64,000 bases of DNA from the human T2T-CHM13v2.0 reference genome, Homo sapiens. A program made the position numbers and the translations under genes. Each line of letters begins with the position of its first letter. Positions within the stretch are counted from its first letter, which is position 1. Location: assembly GCF_009914755.1 (NCBI RefSeq), contig NC_060947.1; one strand, written 5' to 3'. Positions 56,149-64,000 of this stretch are shown here, one piece after another. The notes under the pieces were generated by a model. The model did no database searches and was not told the origin of the DNA. It worked only from the letters and a program-made list of their open reading frames with translations.

Positions 56149-57757
56149 GTGACAAATTTGGAATAGAAGCTAAATTTGCCTAGATGCAGTATCTAAGCTA
56201 TTAATCATTATGGTTTGCTTCTTCTCTAGAATGTCAAGAAACAAATTCTACACTAGTGTCATCTAATATGTTACAATCCCAGCATATATGAAGACTTCAA
56301 CATCATTTTAAAAGAGAAGAATTTCTGTTTCCATGCAAAATGTCAAAGCATATATTCAAGGAATTATAAATGTTTTAAATCTTTCTTATGGAACATTATT
56401 GTGGCTGGAGACACAATGAGGTTATTATTCATTGATTCCATCAATATCCTCATTGATGCTACAGCTTCTCTTAAACTCAGGCTAGTAACTATGCCTTCTT
56501 CTTTTACCACATACAATTGTTTCTCTTTATATAGGGTTTAGGGTGTTGATGCTACAGCCTTAGAGCTAACAACACATTTACAAATTATTCTATGGGGGAA
56601 AAAAGTCTTATGTGAATGGTTTATATATCATCAAACTCAAAAACACTGTTGCTTTTCCTTGCTTATCTGTAAAAATCCTAATATAACAAGATATTCATAA
56701 TGAAGTACAGATTGAATTACTGCACTCATGACAGTGATCTCAGGTTGTTTAATCAAATATTAAAATCTATGCTTTCTATTACAAATGACAAAATAAGGAC
56801 ACAAAGCTTAAGTGTAATACACGGGGAAATAAATTAAAAAGAAACACAAAATTTTAAAATAATTGGAAGGAATAGCACACTGACATTTAAATTTCCTGAA
56901 AAAAAATGTGTATGGTTAATAATGAAAAAAGATGTTATTCAAGGCACCTAACTCTTATATCTTTTAATACTCTACCAATTAATATGTGCTATGCATTTTA
57001 CTAGGAACTCAAAAATGTATTTATAGGTGGATTAGCTACAACAGCAAGCAGAGGCAATGGGTGCCTCTATCATCTAAGTGCTAGAAAGCAGAGTTTCTCA
57101 TCTTGTAGTGCATATGTAGGCCACCTGTTTATCTCCAGGTGTTGTTTGGGCTGATGCTGTTTTCTTATGTATTTTTGCACTGCTGATTTGAATCTGCAAT
57201 AAAAAGAAAAAAGGCACCTTTAATATATCCAAAGTAATGTTTAACTTATGTGAAAATAGCAAAATTCTTTTTTTATTATTTTTCTTTTTGTTTCATGTTA
57301 TTTTGCTGTTATTGTCTTGTTTTGTTTTGACGAGAACCATCAGCAAAACAAGTGCTCTTATAGAAATTTGGTTTATTTAATTCTTATTAGGGGCTCTGTA
57401 GTCCAAAGACATGTAAAAAGTATTCTCTATGTTTTCACAGCATATTATCTGCCTGATATAGATTGGTTTTTTAGTTTCCTTTGTATCTTTTAATGATTTC
57501 ACGATTAAATTCTGTCTACAAATGTGGTTCGATGCTTTAACCTGCAGACATGTAAATGGTCCTTATCAAAGTAACCAGGGTCACTGCCGCCATCCTATAA
57601 TTCTTCAGTCACCAGTGGAAGAAACAAAAGGTTCTATGAGAAGTCAAATGAAATATGGGGACTTACTACATAATTTTCCAAGCTGTTCACATTTCCCACA
57701 GATCAAAGCATATGGACACAGTCTGATGTCAAAGTCACTATTAGCTATGTTGGTTAG

Positions 57758-57908
57758 AGTTGCATTTCCCAAACTTGCATGTTCATGAGATCCTGGAAGT
57801 TTTCACGACCTACTACATCAGCATCTACAGGGGAGCAGCCTGGACATCAATATGTTTAATAAGCTTACCAAGTGGTTCTTATAAGCAGGCAAATATGAAA
57901 CATAGCAG
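57758..57908. mobile_element. MER5B-like hAT fragment
   Basis: TTTCCCAAACTTGCAT..CATCAGCATCTACAGGGGAGCAGCCTGG..GTGGTTCTTAT. Confidence 0.55.
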
Positions 57909-58601
57909 GTTAGTATATAAAACTAGCAATTTGAAAATGGTCATTTATTATCATTTCTATTGCTCAACTTTCTCTTACTCTACAACCACGAACATTAACA
58001 CTAACACATTTGTCCCACACATGTGTAGTATTCTTCTGACAAACACTGTTGAGACTAGAACTACAGTACTACATAGCTGGGAAAAAATATTCTGTTTTCT
58101 GGATATGGTCACATTACTAATGTATTGACAGTAAGATATCTTATGTTACCTGTTTCATTGATTGTCTTCAATAGAGTTGATTGAATTTGGCAGATATATT
58201 CATATTTTGTGACAATTTATTGCAGACATTTAAAAATATCTGAGATAGGCAGCTCACCCATCTGACACTGGGTTAGGAATCCCAGAGCCTTGTCCTCCCA
58301 CTCAAACCAGCAGGCCATGAGACAAACGCAGAACTGTGGGACTCTGAGGATAATACATTCCGAAACACTGCCTTGTAAAATAAACATCTTGCTTTATTCA
58401 AATTGCCACACTGTCAAAAAGTACTTATTTCACTTTTTTACATTCTCGATATAAAATATGAAGGATTATATTAAATAATTTAAACTAGGTGGTTAGCATT
58501 TATTATAATATTATGAACATGAATCAATTTAGATCTGTTTGCTTCAGTAAAATATGCCACTAATATATGTTCTGTTATGTTCCACATATTGAAATGCTAA
58601 T

Positions 58602-58624
58602 ACACACACACACACACACACACA
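58602..58624 (+). repeat. (CA)n
   Basis: Direct reading of the sequence. Confidence 0.95.
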
Positions 58625-58731
58625 TGCTTGATTTACCGTTTGAATTACATAATGTGAAGTATAATTTTTTATTTACTTAAAGCAAAGTTGAAATTTAAAA
58701 TTGATAGCAGATCATTAAAAAAATATACATA

Positions 58732-59044
58732 CAGTCGGTTCTCTGTATCCATGGTTTCTGCATTCTTGAAATCAAGAACTATAGATTGAAAATATATAGG
58801 AAAAAAAATCCACAAAGTTCCAAAAAACAAAATGTGAACTTGTTGCACACCAAGTACTACATTGATTCTACATAAAAGAAGTAATGTGTAGGCATTGTAT
58901 TAGGTATTGTATGTAATCTGGAGATGATTTAAACTATATGGGAGAATATGCATTGATTATATGCAAATATTATACTATACTCGTAGATTTTGGTAGCCAC
59001 AGGGGTCCTAGAACCAATCCTGCATGGATAACAAGGGGCCAGTG
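58732..59044 (+). mobile_element. MER2/MER2B Tigger-family DNA transposon
   Basis: TA-CAGTCGGTTCTCTGTATCCATGG ... CATGGATAACAAGGGGCCAGTG inverted termini. Confidence 0.85.
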
Positions 59045-59069
59045 TGTAATGAAACTATATTTTTAAATT

Positions 59070-60344
59070 TTTAAATATTTTTATTTTTTTAAGATTATAT
59101 TTTAATTGATCAATAAAATTGTATTTATTTACTGTGTACAACACATTGTTTTGAAGTATATATGCATTGTGGAATGACCAAATCTAGTAACTAACATACA
59201 CATTTTCTCACATGGATATCTTGACGTCTTTGTGAGAACACTTTACATCCACTCTCAGCATTTTTAACGAATACAAAATATGATTATAGTTGCCATTTTG
59301 TACAATAGATCTCTTGAACTTACTCCCTCTATCTAACTGAAATTTGATATCCTTTGACCAATATTTCCCCTACCCTCACCCCCACAGCCACCCCAGTCCC
59401 TAGTAACCACCATTATACTCCCTATTTCTCTGCGATCAACTTATTAGATTTACACAGGAGTAAGGTAATGTAATGCTTGCCTTTCTGTGCCTGGTTTATT
59501 TCATTTATCATAACGTCCTCTAGGTTCATCTATGTTGTCAAAAGTGACAGCATTTTCTTCTTTTTATGGCTAAATAATATTTCATTATGCTTATATACCA
59601 CATTTTCTTTATCCATTCATTTATTGATGGACACTTAGGTGGACTCCATACCTTGGGTATTATAAATACTACTGCAAATAAACATGGGAGTGCAGCCATT
59701 TTTTCTATCTCTTTGACATACTGATTTTATTTCCTTTAGGATTGCTGGATCACACAATGATTCTATTTCTAATTTTTTTTAAAAAAACCTTCATGCTGTT
59801 TTCCATAATAGCTATACGAATTTACATTTCTCCTAACATGGTGCAAGGTTTTCCTTTTCTCCATGTTCTCTCCAACAGTTATCTTTTGTCTTTTTGATAA
59901 TAGCTATTCCAACTGGTGTGAGGTGATATCTCACTGTGGTTTTAATTTGCATTCTCTCATGATTAGTGATAATGATCATTTTCTCATATATCTGTTGGCC
60001 TTTTATATGTTTTCCAGGGGAGAAGCTCCATGACATTGGTCTGAAAAATAATGTTTTGAATATGACCCCAAAAGCCCAGGCAACAGAAACAAAAACAGAC
60101 AAATGGGATTACATCATACTTATAAGCTTCTTCACAGCAAAGGAAACAATGAACAAAGTGAAGAGACAGCCTACGAAATGTGAGAAAATATTTGCAAACT
60201 CTGCATCTTACAAGGGGATAATATCCAAAATATGTAAGGAACTCAAACAGCTCAATAGCAAAAATAAATAACTCAATTAAAACATGGGCAAATGACTGGA
60301 GTAGACATTTCCCAAAACAAGCATACGAATTGCCCACAGGTATA
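59070..60344 (-). mobile_element. L1MA4-like 3' fragment with 5' inversion (minus 59070-60014; plus 60016-60344)
   Basis: Antisense L1MA 3'UTR, then sense ORF2 C-terminal piece (GEKLHDIGL..TPKAQATETKTDKWD). Confidence 0.88.
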
Positions 60345-61206
60345 AAATAAACAAACTCCCTCCCACCGTCCCTGCACAGAGGATGTGGGGGTAAACTCTA
60401 ATTATGTGAACTTTAGTTCAGAAATATTTCTATAATACTGATAAGGAAGAGGAGGAGATTTGCATTGAAGGCTGCTAAAATATCTCCTTGTAAACAAATA
60501 TATTGTTGGATACAGAAGCTTGGAGACACAGCTCAGTCTCTAGATGATTACTCTATATTTACTGAGACCTTGTACTTCTTCACTTTTCACCACTCATGTT
60601 GAATAGAAATCACAAAAGTCGTCATCCTTGTCTTGGTCTAGTTCTCAGGGGGAATGCTTTCAACTTTTCCCCATTCAGTACGATATTGGCTGTGAGTTTG
60701 TTATTGATGGCTTTTATTACTTTGAGGTATGTCCCTTTTATGCCAATTTTACTGAGGGTTTTTATCATAAAGGAATGCTGAATTTCATCAAATGCTTTTT
60801 CTGTATCTATTGAGATGATAATATAATTTTTGTTTTTAACTCTTTTTATGTGATATATCACATTTATTTACTTGCATATGTTAAACCATCCCTGAATCCC
60901 TTGTATGAAACCTACTTGATCTTTTTGATATGCTATTGGATTTGGTTACCTAGTGTTTTGTTGAGGATTTTTGCATCTATTTTCATCAGATATATTAGTC
61001 TGTAGTTTTTGTTTGTTTGTTTGTTTTGTTTTTGTTATGTCCTTTCCTGGTTTTGGTATTTGGGTGTTACTGGCTTCATACAACTATTTAGGGAGGATTC
61101 CCTCTTTCCTTATCTTTAAGAATTGTTTAAGTAGGCAATTCTTCTTTAAATGCCTGATAGAATTCAGCTGTCAATCCATCTGTTCCTGGAATTTTTTTGT
61201 TGGCAA

Positions 61207-61501
<295 letters not shown>

Positions 61502-61660
61502 TAGCAATTTTTAAATTCCTGTTTCAATTTTGCTACTTGTTATTGGTCTATTCAGAATTTCTTCCTGATTTAATCTAGGAGAGTTATATATTTTCAGAAA
61601 TTTATCCATCTCATCCAGACTTCTAGTTCGTGTGCATAAACCTGTTCATGGTAGCCTTGA

Positions 61661-62188
<528 letters not shown>

Positions 62189-64000
62189 AGAACCAGCTTC
62201 CTGTTTCACTTATTTTTGGCATTTTTTGTTTCAGTTTTATTTAATTCTGCTCTTTAATTTAATTCTTTTCTTATGCTGGATTGGTATTTGGTTTGTTCTT
62301 GTTTCCCTAGTTCCTTGAGGAGTGAAATTAGGTTGTCTATTTGTGCTCTTTTACACTTTTTGATGTAGGCATTTAATGCTATGAACTTTCCTTTTAGCAC
62401 CACTTTTGCTGTATGCCAGAGGTATTGGTAAGTTGTGTAACTATTATTATTCAGTTCAAAGAAGTTTTTAATTTTCATCCTGATTTCATTGTTAACCCCA
62501 AGATCATTCAAGAGCAGATGAATTTCCATGTATTTGTATAGTTTTGAGGGTTCCTTTTGAAATTAATTTTCAGTTTTATTCCACTGTAGTATGAAAAATT
62601 AATTGAGGAAAAATGCACTGGCCTTGCTAGAGATTTAGACATCTAAATACAAGTAGCTCAAAAACTTCCTGTAAAATTTATCACAAAAAGATCATCGCCT
62701 GGGCACATACTCATCAGGTTATCTAAAGTCAAGACAAAGGAAATAATCTTAAGAGTGATGAGAAAAAAGCATCTAGAAACCTATAAAGAAAAACCCTTCA
62801 GATTAGCAGCAGATTTCTCAGCAGAAACCTTACAAGCCAAAAGGAATTAGGGTCCTATCTTAGTCTCCTTAAACAAAATAATTGTCAGCCAAGAATTCTG
62901 TGTCCATCAAAACTAAGCTTCATAAATGATAGATAAAGTCTTTTTCGAACAAGCGAATGCTGAGATAATTTGCCCCTACCAAATTCAAGAAATGCTAAAA
63001 AGAGTTCTAAATCTTGAAACAAAACTTCAAAACACACCAAAATAGAAACCTCATTGAAGCATAAATTTCACAGGGCCTATAAAATGATAACACCATTAAA
63101 AAAAAGGTATTTAGGCAACAACTAAGATGATGAATAGAACAGTATCTCACATATCAATACTAATGTTGAATGTAAATGGCCTAAATGTTCTACTTAATAG
63201 GTACAGAATGGCAGAATGAATAAAATCCACGATCACAATATCTGCTGTGTTCAAGAGACTTGCCAAACACATAAATACTCACATAAACTTAAGGTAAAGG
63301 AGTAGAAAAAGATATTCCATGCAAATGGAAAGGAAAAGCAAGCAGGAGTAGTTATTCTTATATAAGATAAAACAGACTTTAAAGCAACAACAATAAAAAA
63401 AGGTCAAAGAAGGACATTATATAATGATAAAAGGATTAGTTCAACAGGAAACCATCAGTGTCTTAAATATATATGCACCTAACACTGGAGCTCCCAAATT
63501 CATGAAGCAATTACTACTAGACTTAAAAAATGAGATAGGCAGCAGCACAATAACAGTGGGGGACTTCCAGTGACAGCACTAGACAGGTCATCAAGACAGA
63601 AAGTCAACAACAACAACAAAATGCCCAGAAACTATACCCTAGAACAAATGGACCTAACAGATATTTACAGAACATTCTGCCCAACAACTGAAGATTATGC
63701 ATTATTTTCATCAGCATATGAAACATTCTCCAAGATAGACCATATTAAAGGCCACAAAACAAGTCTCAATGAATTTAAGAAAATTGTAATCATATCAAGT
63801 ATCTTCTCAGCACACCTTTTACTGTAGCTATTGCTTTGGCAATTGGTTTAATGCAGTTGTAACCTAATAGTATTTTGTTTCAGCTGAACCAAATACCTCT
63901 TGCTTTCTGTCCCCACACTTCCCTGATGCCTCTAAAAAGGGAGACCTACAGAAACCTAACCAGCAAAATGTGTGTACACATGGGTAACTTGGAAGTGAAA

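Noticed and set aside
57522-58128. 88-aa and 122-aa ORFs in mostly unique DNA
   Set aside because: No recognisable domain, overlap a MER5-like fossil, no convincing exon boundaries

Overview
AT-rich, CpG-poor primate (catarrhine, probably human) intergenic or deep-intronic DNA. No protein-coding gene, RNA gene or CpG island can be supported; the long ORFs in the track come from L1, Alu, LTR or simple repeats. Roughly half of the window is transposable element: 16 full Alus plus a FLAM, a full-length old L1PA (about 7.4 kb), three 5'-inverted (twin-primed) L1s, and a TSD-flanked L1M that keeps only 5'UTR, ORF1 and the extreme 3' end. It also holds a decayed ERV-L-type provirus (MER21C-like LTRs, 8.0-21.5 kb) containing a four-level nest of younger elements, several MaLR and ERV1 LTRs with intact TSDs, Tigger/MER/MADE1 DNA transposons, and L2/L3/MIR fossils. 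The best leads are a candidate recursive-splice (AG|GT) site at 6.3 kb, a possibly spliced-then-retrotransposed ancient L1, LTR-borne NF-kB/STAT and Oct/Sox motifs, and a tandem AP-1/MARE site in unique DNA. Subfamily names come from my recollection of consensus sequences and need RepeatMasker/Dfam confirmation. I found no convincing novel gene system.
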